A stretch of 64,000 nt of DNA from Ascidiella aspersa (Eukaryota). The translations under genes and the position numbers were made by a program. Numbering within the stretch: the first letter of the stretch is position 1; each line of letters starts with the position of its first letter. Below are positions 1-13,100 of the stretch, in pieces. Below the pieces are notes generated by a model. The model searched no databases and was not told the DNA's origin. It saw nothing but the letters and a program-made list of their open reading frames with translations. Location: positions 9,610,001 to 9,674,000 of the forward strand of contig OZ004612.1 in assembly GCA_963924565.1 (NCBI GenBank). The letters are read 5' to 3'.

Positions 1-207
1 AATTGAACGTATGAATAAAACGCCAGGACAGTTTTGTTGGCAAGAATATACTGTTAAAACAGATCGTTTGGCAGGTATTTAACGTAGGTTTGTTCTGCGT
101 CATCCCAAGTCAGAAATATATCGGATTACTGATTAATTAGAATATTCTCCAACACATTTTTCACCAAAAAATGCGATGATTACCTGCAAAATAGAGCAAC
201 AAATTAC

Positions 208-1548
208 CTTAATAATATCTACAGGATTGCACACCATTGCGCTTGCCGAACCAGCGGTCAAGGCGAACACGAAATTGGCTCCAAAACTAGGATCGCCTGC
301 AAAAAACAAATTGTTTTCTGTCCACATTGGGAGACCTTTTCTGCTTCTCTTATCCATGCCTTGTCTTAACAAGGTTCAGTGAAAAAGCGCTAACAAGTTA
401 AATGGGTTTCAGACTAGACTAAAGGTTATTTGGGTCCCGGGTGCTCTCCCTATGCTCTAGCTGTAGTAAATGTGTTTTTTTGGGCCATCACATGTGTCAT
501 TGTTGTTCTTACCACAGACAGACCCTTGTGAACTGCTGGGAGCTTTAAAGAGCCAAAACAATTGACCAAATGCTGCCTTTAGTAAAATGACTTTATTTTT
601 TCTGTCATTGGCATTTAATTATTCAAAAACGAGTCAGGCTTTAAAGCCCAGCAATTTTCTGTACATAATCAGAACTAACCTTTGTGGCGTTTTTGCATTG
701 TTTCATACAGGAATCGCTTAAGACCACCATAGGTGATTTGCCTAAATATAGCCGGCTTGAGCCTAAAATGTTAAAAGGAAGAGTTTTACTGAAATTTAGC
801 ACAAATTCTTTTTAGTTAATAAACTCGTACTATAAAAAATAATTTCTATAAACAAAATGTGAGACACAACATGTTTGCAAGCATTAAGTTAAGCCATTTA
901 TTTAGATTGAATTCTAGGACTTATATTGACATAATACACTCAAGTATGTTTAAAACTAGTAAATCAGTTTAATATTGCGAATAGATAAACTTTTTTGCAA
1001 AAATGAAATAACATTTATGACTTACCCTCTATACAATGCAAGACCACCTTCCTGGCGAAATATTTTAACAACTGCATGTGCAGGGCCCCTGTAGCGCAAT
1101 TTTGTATATTTGCTCTCCAATGCCTGTCCCTAAAAAGCCAAGACGTATAAATATATATATCTACTATCAGGAAAAAACAACTTAGATTCATTATACATAG
1201 CTATGAAATACACTCATAGCTCTGTTGAAGCAAAAAATGGTATTGGTTTTATCATTTTATGTCACACTTTTACCTGGGGGCAGTAGACAAATAAATATGT
1301 ACATAAAAAACATTGTAAGTGGTTAATTTTTCAGTCAGCACTCTGCAACATTTGTTGATCACAATTTTAACCTGGTTTTATAAAGGTAGCAATCCTGATT
1401 TTACATGCAGAACTGCTTCTCCAATAGGGCTTACCTGAATTTGTAACCTTGTTTTTGCCAAATCAAGAGGAAAGGTAACAGACTCAGCTGCCATAGATGC
1501 AAGAGCTCCATTGATGAATGCTTGCCACTCGAAGTAATCGTCTAGCAT
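208..1548 (-). CDS. Mitochondrial carrier, UCP5/BMCP1 (SLC25A14) / KMCP1 (SLC25A30)-like; 5' part only (coding exons 1548-1435, 1129-1026, 762-680, 296-208; continues beyond position 1)
   Basis: Spliced translation MLDDYFEWQAFINGALASMAAESVTFPLDLAKTRLQIQ/GQALESKYTKLRYRGPAHAVVKIFRQEGGLALYRG/LKPAIFRQITYGGLKRFLYETMQKRHK/GDPSFGANFVFALTAGSASAMVCNPVDIIK. It has the carrier signature P-x-D-x-x-K-x-R (complete in repeat 1, begun in repeat 2), and all GT-AG junctions are phase-compatible. Subfamily was assigned from memory of the sequence. Confidence 0.85.
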
Positions 1549-2139
1549 CTTTGTTGCATTGACAAACAGCAAACCACTTGGCCAACATGACAGAATTGCC
1601 TGTACTCCTGAATTTAAGCAGAAAAAGAAAAACACAACAGAAACAATAAAATCTGAGAAATATTATTAAGGCAAATGGCGAATATTGCATAAAAAGGCAA
1701 AGGGAGAGGGGACAAAAAACATATTTAAAACGTTACTTTACATTTAGAAGTTTAAAATGTAAAAATATTTAACTAAAGTAGTTCATGAATAAAAGCACCT
1801 GCAGAAAACAGTAACGCTAAAACTATCAATGAATTCTGATAATGCCAAATGCACAAGTATGTTGTATATCGTATATCTAAGGATGCCAAAAAACAAGTAA
1901 TTTTTCTCAAACTTATTAAAATAACACTAAAACACATAGCACTAATAACAACAACAAGCAAAATATGAATACAAACATTGATACCTGAAGGAACTGATTA
2001 TGACTAAATTATTGCAAATACATACAAACACCTTTGACAAAAACACAGTACAGTGGTACGATATAAAGGCTTGTTATAATCAACAATTGAACAATATAAC
2101 AATGCCTGAAGTGTTTTTTGAGAAAATTAACACTACAAA

Positions 2140-3492
2140 CTATGTTTCCTCCAGAATTTTAGCAACCTTGTTGTACAAAACATTTGGCGAATTCATTGCC
2201 CAGATAAAATCCAAATGGGTGTAACTTGGCAGAAAGTCAAACGTTTTCAAAGACGGCAAAACCCCAATGAGATGGTCGCAATCCGTTGGAACCACAAGGG
2301 TATCCTGCCCACCACAGAAAACATAAGTGGGAATATTGAATTTGGAAAAGTCATACTCTGGTGGGGTGCGGCGCCCATAGTGATACACATTTAGATACCA
2401 GTGTCCATAGTCAAAGTGTTTGATTTGTAGGTCAGTGTTGGTAACGGCCTGGGCCCAATGAATCATATTTCTTGTTGAAGTTCCAGCAGGGTTGTGGGCC
2501 AAGTAGACAGGCACCCTGGATACATTGGTGTTACGAAAATCAGCACCACCGACTAAAAACAATACGTTTTCGCAGATTTTTTCATCATGCGGACAAGCAA
2601 GCTTGGCAATTATCCCCAGGAGTCCATTTTGTGGGAGAAAATCACCGTCACCAAATAGTGTGTAGAAAAAATCAATGTCTTTGGCAACGTAGCGAAGGTA
2701 GTGCAGCGGCGAGGTCATATGCGACACTAAGGCAGCAGGCGCAAGCGCAATAAATGAACTGATTTTGTTGGCAAATACTTCACCATTTGAGATTGCGGCT
2801 ATAAACATTACCATGTTGCCTTGTGAATGTCCGATGTAGTTCAATTGCTTATGACCAGTTATACTCAGTACATGGTTTACCATAGCGGGAACGTCATACT
2901 GGCCCATTTCGTCAAAACTCCATTTCCAAAACTTCAGGGAATCTGGAGATAAACTCTCATGACGCTTTGAATAGCGATTGCCTCTCACATTTCCAAGCCA
3001 AACATCATATCCCTGCTTGTAAAGAATATAGGCAAGGCTCTCATTGATCAGGTTGGTTAGCCAGCAATCTGAGGAGCTGAGTAGACCGTGGATAAGCAAC
3101 ACTGGCAAACGGTCTTTGGAAGGCTGTGGAATTCGCTGCATTCCTAATATGTAGCCATCGCTGGTGTGAGGATAATGTTCCTCACAAGGTAGTCCCTTTG
3201 ACTTTATCAACTGAGTTGCATTCATACTTTCTTCTGGGTCAGTTTCTAGTATCCAAGTTGCTTTGCCTGCATTCTTGGTTTGTTTGAAGAACTGCTTTAC
3301 CGTTTTGGAGTTGTCAACAAAGGCTCGGCTATGCGTTTCAGCTGTCCCTTCATCTACATATTGTTTCATAAAGGACACTAACTTATCGTGTTTTTGCTCG
3401 TTTTCGACTTCGACTAACGTGACATAATACAGACCTATGATGCATAATGCAAGGGTCAAAATGCACAAGACCTTTCCAAATAAGTTGTCCAT
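2140..3492 (-). CDS. Acid lipase family (LIPA/LIPF/LIPK-like alpha/beta hydrolase), single coding exon, 450 aa
   Basis: Motifs T-S-D-G-Y-I-L, HGLLSSS, GYDVWLGNVRGN-Y-S, WSFDEM, nucleophile GHSQG, AGTS, Asp in GGQD and His in YTHLDFIW. Hydrophobic N-terminal segment at residues ~8-27. Confidence 0.95.
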   Translation of the reverse strand: MDNLFGKVLCILTLALCIIGLYYVTLVEVENEQKHDKLVSFMKQYVDEGTAETHSRAFVDNSKTVKQFFKQTKNAGKATWILETDPEESMNATQLIKSKGLPCEEHYPHTSDGYILGMQRIPQPSKDRLPVLLIHGLLSSSDCWLTNLINESLAYILYKQGYDVWLGNVRGNRYSKRHESLSPDSLKFWKWSFDEMGQYDVPAMVNHVLSITGHKQLNYIGHSQGNMVMFIAAISNGEVFANKISSFIALAPAALVSHMTSPLHYLRYVAKDIDFFYTLFGDGDFLPQNGLLGIIAKLACPHDEKICENVLFLVGGADFRNTNVSRVPVYLAHNPAGTSTRNMIHWAQAVTNTDLQIKHFDYGHWYLNVYHYGRRTPPEYDFSKFNIPTYVFCGGQDTLVVPTDCDHLIGVLPSLKTFDFLPSYTHLDFIWAMNSPNVLYNKVAKILEET

Positions 3493-3690
3493 GTTTGAAT
3501 TTGAGTTTTACGATTGTTGATGGTTAACTTTTTGTTCTCTCGCCAATTTAACACCAATCCACGTTTCTTGCTTGAGAATGTGTTCTTATGCAAATTACAG
3601 TCCTTATACGTAATAGTATGTATCATAAGCTGTTGCCTATCCTTATACGATTTGTAACAAACTGCGTTAACTCAGCACTCGAATCTCGGG

Positions 3691-3900
3691 AAAAAGGCAT
3701 ACGTAGTGAAGAGTGTGCTACTCGTCCACCTGCACACTCCTCTTGTGAAGCAGCAAAGGCCGTATGACCCCACAGAGTTCATACCGCTGCGCTATTTCAG
3801 TCTCCTCTAAGCGCCTCTTTTGCCCTACAAGTTCGCTGCAGACCCGCCAAATGAATTTGACACGAAGTAACCCCTGGCGTGGATTCGGATCACTGCGCAT
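3691..3900 (-). ncRNA. Candidate structured ncRNA (unassigned family, possibly Pol III)
   Basis: GC-rich island in AT-rich DNA. 5' and 3' ends pair (3900-3890 with 3709-3699), several internal hairpins use G-U pairs on the minus strand, it ends in TTTTT, and TATA-like sequence lies just upstream. No match to a known snRNA was recognised. Confidence 0.45.
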
Positions 3901-4139
3901 TATTAAAAATATATAATAAATCCAATTTTTTGGTTTATGAAGTCGAGTTATTATTTCTAACTTTCCATTTAAAACATAAATATTGGTAATTTATATTTCA
4001 AAATACCTTAAATAAATATTTTTTGAGAAAAAAGATCAGCTGGATTCATTAGAGCATGAAATATTCTTGTTATGTAACAATAGTATGTAAACCCTGTAAA
4101 TACAGAATTGCAGTTGGAATGTCGTCTGCTTTTTAAAAA

Positions 4140-7100
4140 ATGACATCACATTCTAATTGCTTTGCGTATTTGGCCTTATTTGCGATTACTTGTGCACAGG
4201 CTTCATTTGATTATGATGCGGAGTTGTTAACTCAAGTAACAGACTTGATATACAACCCAACGAGTCGCCTGGAACTTCGTAACGCCATAAACTTGAACCC
4301 GCAAACGGATTTTTACCTTCCATTTTCCTTATTTTCGGTAAATGATGTGAGTATTGCAATTTTACCAAATTTGCGCGTATTTTCATTTTATCTTTATGTA
4401 GGAAGGCGAGTATCCCGGTTCTGGGTTTTCTTCAAGTCCTTATCTGGTCAAAGTCACTATCAAAGACCAACATGGCCAGGTATGGAAAGGGTAAATTTCA
4501 TTTAACTACATCAATGCTAAACACAGCAAATATTTTCAGGTAGAATATAACAATAGTAATTATTCAAATTTAGAATTTGTAATTTGACCGCTGTTCTGAG
4601 CTCACACTTTTTAAGTTAATTCCAAAAAAGCGTATTTAAAAATGTTGTTGTACTGATGATTTGCTAAAGCAAAAATGCCTTTTTAGGAGGTCTCCGAAGT
4701 TATTAGGAGGTCAGTTATTTTTAGCGGTATTCAGCCTGTTCTTTCTGTTGACTACCTGATCAAAGATGGTGCCATAGATGGTGGCAACACGAATTTAAAG
4801 CTTCATGGATTGCAGTCAAAACTTGGTACTAAAATTATTTTTTTATTAGATTAATTGGCCGAAAATCCCTAAAGTACAAAGTTTTCATGTAAATTTTAGC
4901 ATAATAATCAAAATGTCACATGTATGTTTTGCTTTTTAAGTCATTGGAAATGAAGTGGGATAATTTAATAGATAATACTCATAGTAAGAAGCTATTTACT
5001 GAAATGTAATCCGTTATGTTTTCTGACATTTGTTTTATATGTGTTCTCTTTACCAATTTAGTGGCACACCAGTCATTCAATTTATAAGAAACTTGTGCAT
5101 GATTTTAACCAAATGTTGTGTCTGTATGTAAAGGAGATGAAACAAATTCATCATGGCTATTTCCGCTGCCAGTAAACTCTCACACTTATGCCGTGGTTTT
5201 GAAAATATCACCTTTTCAAACTGAAACGATTAAACTGAAAGGAGTCAGGTGGGAATGGTAAACGTAGTGAAGTGTAAAGACATTGAATTAATCACTTTGC
5301 GATTAATGGAAAAAAAACAACATTGATATTGGTAATAAATACAAACTGTCAAGGGTTAATTGTAATTGATTATTTTAACATATTTTAGAAAAATATTTTA
5401 TGTCATACCACAAAGTCATCTAGAAGATCCAGCCACGCAAAGCCAGCGACCTGCAGAAAATAATTTTGAGCCAAATATTGTGGCACTAGCACTGACTGCT
5501 GTGACCGAAGGCGCCATGCTTTCATTTTCTTCTGACGAATTTCAAACATCAATAAATAAACAGGTTTAATACTTTGTTCTATGTAATATATTTACTTTCA
5601 TTTGTAAACCTAGATGTTGTTCTAGTCAGTGTGATAGCTTATTTTTTATATAATTTTTGTATTAACATGACAAGTTTTTGAGAAAGCAACATAAAAATCC
5701 TGTAGTTCTGAACATTGTTAAAACTAATGTTTTTCTATACAGTTTCCTGGACATACCCCCCAGACTGCCTGTTCAACCTCAGTTGAAACAGTTCTGTCAA
5801 TTGGACGCAACTTGCTCTATTTCGGAAAGGTACTGATTGTCAGTGTCAGTTGTCAGTTACAGATAACACAGTGCAAGTTATTAAGTATTGGCGGTTCCAG
5901 GACTTGTATAACATGTTGCAATGTGCATAAATATTCACTAGAAGCTGAATTAATTTCTAAAGCTGTTCGGACCAATAAATGTCTCTTTTAAAATATTAAT
6001 TTCTTTTAAAAAATATTGATTTTGTCCAAATGCTTTAAATGGTCACCTGAAAGCGATTGGTCCAATTTTCTAGTTTACTTCATTTAAGTTACCTTTTTAA
6101 CCAAATAATATATCTTGGTTTAGCAAGGGATCTATTTGCTCACAAATGATGACAGTGGGAGTACGATGCTACCAGTACAGATTGAAGGAAGGCAGTTTAT
6201 GTGCACTAACTATGTAAGCCAGTCAGAGTTCGGCAGAACAGTGTTTGCATCCATTCCAAGCAATCTTTACAGCATACAATTTCCAGATTTTTTTGGTTGG
6301 TCAGTTTCCAAATTTTTATTAGGTTATCTCCCCATTTCTGTGGTATTAGTGTTTAAATAGTCTTAGGGTTGGTGTTGTTTTTCTAATTAAATATTTGACA
6401 CAATAATTTTAATGTATTCATGATCAGATATAACTACTTATTAATTAAAATTTTCAAGGTAATAAATGACGTTTACAAAAATATATATGTATTATTACGA
6501 AGATGTGAAATCAATTCCAACACTCCAGTTTGATGAACTGGTTGATTCTGATGGACAAACTCTTCAAGACTTCCTGGGATATCCCATAAATCGTGCTTCT
6601 ATCGCAGCTCATGCATCTTACAATGATTATACAACATTTATCCTTATTCATGACAACTTGTATCCAAAATATATTTTACTAACATTTACAGGTCAGTTGT
6701 TGAGATTTCAGTGGTTTATAGAAAGCGATAATTGCAATGTGGGAAGGGTATTAATAGAGAATAATACAAATAACCTTTACAAATGTATAAGCTGTCTGTG
6801 ATGTAATTGCCTATAATGTAAGATTTATAAAAACATAGTTTAACGGCTTGATGGGAAAAGTCAGCATTCAACAACTCTAGTTTGTGTTACAAATTTTTGA
6901 CAAATATAGTATATCTTTTTATAAGTTACATTCTTTAGGTCACCATTTATCTGGAACTTGGGATATTTTTGTGAAATTCCAAAGCAAGCTACCGAATGTA
7001 GATGATGTCACACAAACTGTGTTTTTCTCTCCCAATCTCACCTATCAAGGTAACAGATAAAGTCAAAATATGAAAAGCAGATATGTAAAGATATGAATTT

Positions 7101-10100
7101 GTTTGTTTAAAATACTTGGGCCAATAAAATTTTGGTGAAATGAATTTTTTCGGATATGGGTAATACATGATACCGGTTTTATCAATTCACAGGAATCTCA
7201 ATTGATTTGAAAGGATTAAATTTTCCACAAAAGAAAAATGGCTACCTCTACCTGTGGGGAAACGTTCTTCTCGCATGTGATATCAGAAGCCGAGAGATTG
7301 CAGCATTTCCACTTAATGGCAGCAATTTACATTTACCTTCGGGTGAACTGATAAAACAGTTTGCATCTCAAAAAGCTGGCAATCAAGTTGCAATGTTGAG
7401 TAATACTGGAAAACTGTGGCGTCCCAGTTTTTTGAACTTCTTTAGCAAACCAGAAAGGTTTAAGAATCCATTGATTGTATCTGAGTTGCTTGATTTACCC
7501 CTTTCAGATGTACTCGGTATTTTTTATGACCACTTTGGAGATTTGTTCATTCTGTTTTCAAATTCTTCAAAAGTTTCCAGGCATTTTGTACCGAACCCTG
7601 CCACAATTCCAGGTAGTTTGTTATATACCAAGAAAAAAAAATTGAGTATTAAAAAAACTAAGAATTTTGTTTTTGATTGAGGTAAATACTAAAAGACATG
7701 ATTTTTTACATGGACAAGAATGGTTACAAAAAAAAACTCTTTTCGTGTGGATTGTATGTCATGTAGAATAAAACATTGGCAATGTTTTTTTCATTGTAAA
7801 TAAGAAAATGCAATAAGAAATAAGCACCTTTGTAACGTTTTTTTCATTTCAGATATTAACATGTTGTCAAAGTTTTCCTGCAACAATTATTTACTTCACT
7901 CCAGATCTTGTAACTATGTTTTCCATGAGCCAAATATGTGGCCTGGCCTGTTTAACCCTATGAGTGGAAACCACAATTCATTTTCCGTTGATTCTCCAGT
8001 CCTGCCGTCTGCTGATAATAATCTTTTACAAACATATCGAGGTGTTGTACAGAAACTGTTTGATAAACAGGTATATATGCCTCCATTATATGCTATTAAA
8101 AATGAGGATTTTGAGTTTATGTAGTTAAATTACAAAATAGTTTAAAAAAATAATATTTTGTGAAGTGATAAAAAATGTTGTTCCCTATAGCAGTCCGCTG
8201 TCTGTTTGAAAGACTAGACATAGCACAAATAGTTTCTTAAATACTTCCACCATTGTTTGTGCTTTTTCAAATCGTATGCAAATATATATTGTGTGTGGTT
8301 ATATTATACAGTCCTGCAATACACTGTTCATTTAGGGATCAAGAAATATGGTTCAAACACACTATAATTTTTTTAGAAAATCGGAGAGAGCTTTTGGTGG
8401 AGAAGTGAGCTAAATGATGACAAAAAAACAAGCCACTGGTTTGTTAAGGACCCTGGTTATGAAGATTACCTTCAGTATCTGTCAGTAAACAACCTCCAGA
8501 TAGGAAGCATGTTTGAAGCACATTTTTCAAAAAGTAATTACATTAAACTGGGAGATCGAAACTTTGGGGATTGTGTTATTCCGGCCAAGGTTTATCTCGA
8601 CAAGGATCAGCAAATAAGGTAAACAAGGTGTATACTTTTTAAACTCCTTTTGTAGTAAGGTTAAGTGTATACTGAGATAATACTAGCTACCTAGATAATA
8701 AAATATTAGTTTTATTTCATCCTTATAATTTACTGTACCATCCTCTGAACAACTAACAATTAACAAATTGCTAATGCTAGTTTAAAAACAAAAAGCAAAT
8801 TAAATTCCCTGGGCAACGAGATTTCTAACAAATGTAGATAGACTATAATTGTTCACTAACATAAGCTACAGTTTAACTGGTTTGGCCATGGTTTAGTAAC
8901 CGGCATGTCCTCAATGCAGAATAAACATCACATTGTATCCGGGACCACAAAATGTAATGTCTTCTCTCGCTCAACACAAGTTGTTTGTTGAGTTGTCTTG
9001 CAATGATGTTGTTCAGGTTGATGTAGTCAAGTACAAAGGACCACTACAGACAACTTTTGAGGCAAGCAGTGGTACCGTACAATGCAAAAGAATTGCCATA
9101 TCTCTATTATTTTTTTTTAAAACAACTGTCTCTGATTTAACTTTTTTATCTGCAGTCTCAGGTCAACCATAAAAAGTACAAAAAATTAACATGGCGCATT
9201 GCAAGTTTTTCTTAACAAACTTGCCTAAAGTGATATTATTTAAAACCTAGTGATGAAAATTATAATGGCCCTTGATAATGTTAATTAAAAAAAACACTAT
9301 TGCCAACATTTTTGAATAAATAACCGTAGTATGTTTTTATTGAGTGGTAATATTTTAAAACTTGTTTTTGTTTTAGGTGTTGTTTACAGGTTTACAGTTA
9401 CCGTCACATTCCAGTGGCACTAATCTTCGATCCGTCGATGTACAACTGTCGCCCTGGGCCCTAACTGAAAACGTCCATCAAACCCACAGTAAGTATTAAA
9501 AAAAAACAACCAGAAATGTATTGTTTTACCACATAGCAAAAATCCATTAATGATAGATAGTGATGTAATAACTAGGGCGATTATATTTTGACCCAAAAAT
9601 GAGAAATTTTGATCTGAAGAATTAAAATTTTGACGCCAAAATAATTTATTTTGTTGTATAAAAGTACGGCATTAGTGTTTCGGCCTCTTCAGTCATTTCT
9701 TTTTGATGTTTTACTGATGACCGGTGGGTCACAGCAGTCTATTTTTGGGTTATGCAAAACCTTTGAAAATACTTGTTTGATATTTTTGAAAAAACAAATA
9801 TAAAAAGACCAAAGAAAATCAAGACGTTGGGTATTTTGAAAAATTGCAGTTTGGTTGAAATACATTGTAAAAGAATTGCAAAAAATTCAAGACCTAGCAT
9901 CTTTATCAAACTAGGAAATAATGGCAAAAAAAAAAAAACGATTTTGACTTTTTTTTGACAAATCAAAAAATAATCGCCCTAGTAATGACACATAATTTAT
10001 AATTATGGACTTTCAAGAAAACCATTATTTTTTTGTTATTTTGTCAGCTGTTGCTTTTACGATTGAAGGAGGTTGCCCCCCTGCATTGTCGCTTGTGTTC

Positions 10101-13100
10101 GACAGAGCAAAGTCAATAGAGCTTTTGGCGTCCCGGGGAAGAACTGATGACTTTGAATGCCTCTATGAGGCTGGGGATGGAATTCCTTGCTTTACCACTT
10201 CAGGTTATAGAACTTATGATGTTCTAAATTATACAGATAATGTCTAGCCTTTTACTAAATATAGATGGATTAGACTCTAATTGTTTTTATATTGTATTTT
10301 AATTTATACACTTTATGTGTTCCTTTTTTTAACATTAAGTTAGTTATTTTAGGTTATCGGAGATATATATATACCACCAAATGATTTTTATTGTTCTTAA
10401 ATAATATGCTTCTTTTTCATAATATTTATTATCTGATTCCTTTTAGAGTTTGCAACAGCCTTCTATGTGAAAGATCATGTCACTGGCATGCAAACCCCAT
10501 TTACCGGAAATTATACCCTGACAATTGTGAAGGGTGGCATCGGATACCATGACAACGTCAAAGATTATTCCCAGGAGGAAGTTAACATGTATAACTACAG
10601 GCCAGGAGACAGGTCAATATAAATGAGTATCTTGTTAAGTTATTAAAGCATCTATTGATATACAACTTCCGGATAACCAGTTGTTTACAAAACTTTGTGA
10701 TAAAATAAGCTCTCATATGATTTTGTATGCGGTTTATTAGAAAACGTTATGAAATTATAATGTACAAAAATAATTTATGTTACGATATTTATACTAAAAA
10801 ACTAAAAGTTATGATTTATATGTTTTATTATAATTATTGACTATGGTTGTTTAATGTTTATATATAATGTAAACTTGATATTTTAATTTTTTATTGACAA
10901 TCCTTTTTCAGTAAATCGCTTCAAAGTCTCATGTGGACTGTTCTCAATGCTGATTCAACTATCGGAATGAAGGACAATATTTCTGGACGACTGATATTCA
11001 ATGCTCTGAATCCACCTAGCATTGTGTTTGAATGCAGAATTGACTCCCCTTGTGGAAGTATTCCGTTTGGATCTCCTAACCCATCTGGTAAAGCAGCAGT
11101 CCTCAAACTTTTCTTTCATTTTTTCTGTGTTAAATTTATGAGGTTCTTCATTGTTTTAAGGAAGAAAAATGGGTCCGTCAAGTAAAAAAAGTAAAAAGTT
11201 AGATTCTTCTTCAATATACTTATTTTTTTTTAAATAACTTCTATAATGCTATTGTTTTGTTTTGTTGCAAGTGGGTCAGTTTAGTAAATCTGGCCATTCC
11301 TTGGTTTATGCAACATTCACTATAAATTCTCATTTTGTCTAATGTAAAAAAAAAAAACGTTAATCACTGTTAACTCACATATTCTGGTATAATCACTTTT
11401 ATATAACCCCCATTCATTGTACTTTTTCTTTGTAGAGTTCTATGTGGTTATTGAAGTATCAAACCGAGGCGTTGACAGTTCAACCAACTGTGACTTCACT
11501 GCACAGTTCGAGATACATTTAATTGGAATTGAGCTCAATGCAAAGTCACATTTTATCATTATGCTTGTAGGTTGACTGTAAATACCTGACAACACTTACC
11601 GCATATGGTCTTGTCAGTAGTCGTTTTTAAAAAAAGTTAAATATAAAATATTTTGGAATTTTTAATTTAATATATAAAGTAAAAAATATTTAGCTCCAAA
11701 GTTTGACTTCCTCAGTAATCAGATTTTTTTTATTTTTAGCATAGAGTTGTATTATTAATACCTTACTTAATATGTAAGAAGGTAAAATAATTATGATGAA
11801 CAAAGATAATTTGAGTTGACAATTACCACTAGGTATGAATTAGTTTGACAAAAATGCTAATACCATTTAGGTAACCTTTTTGTGTGCCTGAAACGCTGAC
11901 CTTCTTCTATCTATTAATAGTCAATTTAAAATATTTTAAAACATTATAGGTAACGCTATCAATCATATGTACATGTATACTACTGTTCTATCAACTTACT
12001 GATGGGCCAGGAATTCACTGCATTGAAAGCCTAACGGGTCGCTTTGGTAGAAAAGCAGCCGAACCTCCAGTAATAAAGGTATTTTGTTAAGTGTTTAAGT
12101 GAAAGCACTTCAAATGAAAACTTATAAAAATAGACAATAAAAAGCAGAGATCGACCGATACCGATACCCAATTTTTTACAATTTTGTCAACCGATACCAA
12201 TTTTTTTTTATATAACTGGGAAATGTTCAAAACTTGAATTAATTGAAAATAAAATCTATATCACAGTTTAGTTCATGCACCTTTATTAATTATTAAACTA
12301 TTATTTTGCATATTTACTTGGCGTGATGCTAAAACTCAATTTTTTTTATCAAAATTGGGTAAGCTGTTTGTTGTACAGGAAAGATTATATCATATTTTTG
12401 CACTAAAATGGGTAGAAGCCAAATATCGGCCGATATTATTGTTAAACTGATACATTGTCTATCTCTAATGAAAACTAGCCAGCACAACCAAAGTCTTTTA
12501 AAATTTAGATAATGCTTCCAGGAGAAACCAGTACAGACACCTTAAGATCCATGGCAAGTGAAGTTAAGCGAAGAGGATCTGTTAATCGCTGTGAGTCTTG
12601 TGTTATTTTTCAACTTAACCTTTTTTTTTTACAAACATTGAGACTATACCTTAGTGCGAATTCAAAAACGAAAAACACATGTTTTTATGAAGAACAATTG
12701 ATAATAAAAGTTGTGCACCATAAACTTAAGGCAAATAACTTTATTTCGGAGCAAAACATTTTTCAGTGTTGTTAAATTTTATAAAGCGATCAAATGTTTT
12801 CGAATTGTGTTAGTACAAGTTATCTAGGAGTAACAACGCAATTTGTGTTCTGCTATAGAATCAGTATTGTTTTATTTTTCGAAAATATCACCTAATTGTA
12901 CTGTGAAGTAGTTTATCATATTTTTGAAAACTTTTTTTAAGTCCATATTCAACAACCCACAGGTCTGTATAAAAACTGTGGTAGTCAATTAGAGTAGCTG
13001 ACCTACACCACAATTTTGTTGGTGTTTTCATTTGCAGTTAGACAATACATAAATTACCTAAGCAGCTTTAATGTTCTCAGTAAAGTATAATAAATTGCTT

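Noticed and set aside
3868-3881. 14-mer TAACCCCTGGCGTG shared with ~42465
   Set aside because: A few 14-bp matches are expected by chance in 64 kb, and the flanks are unrelated.
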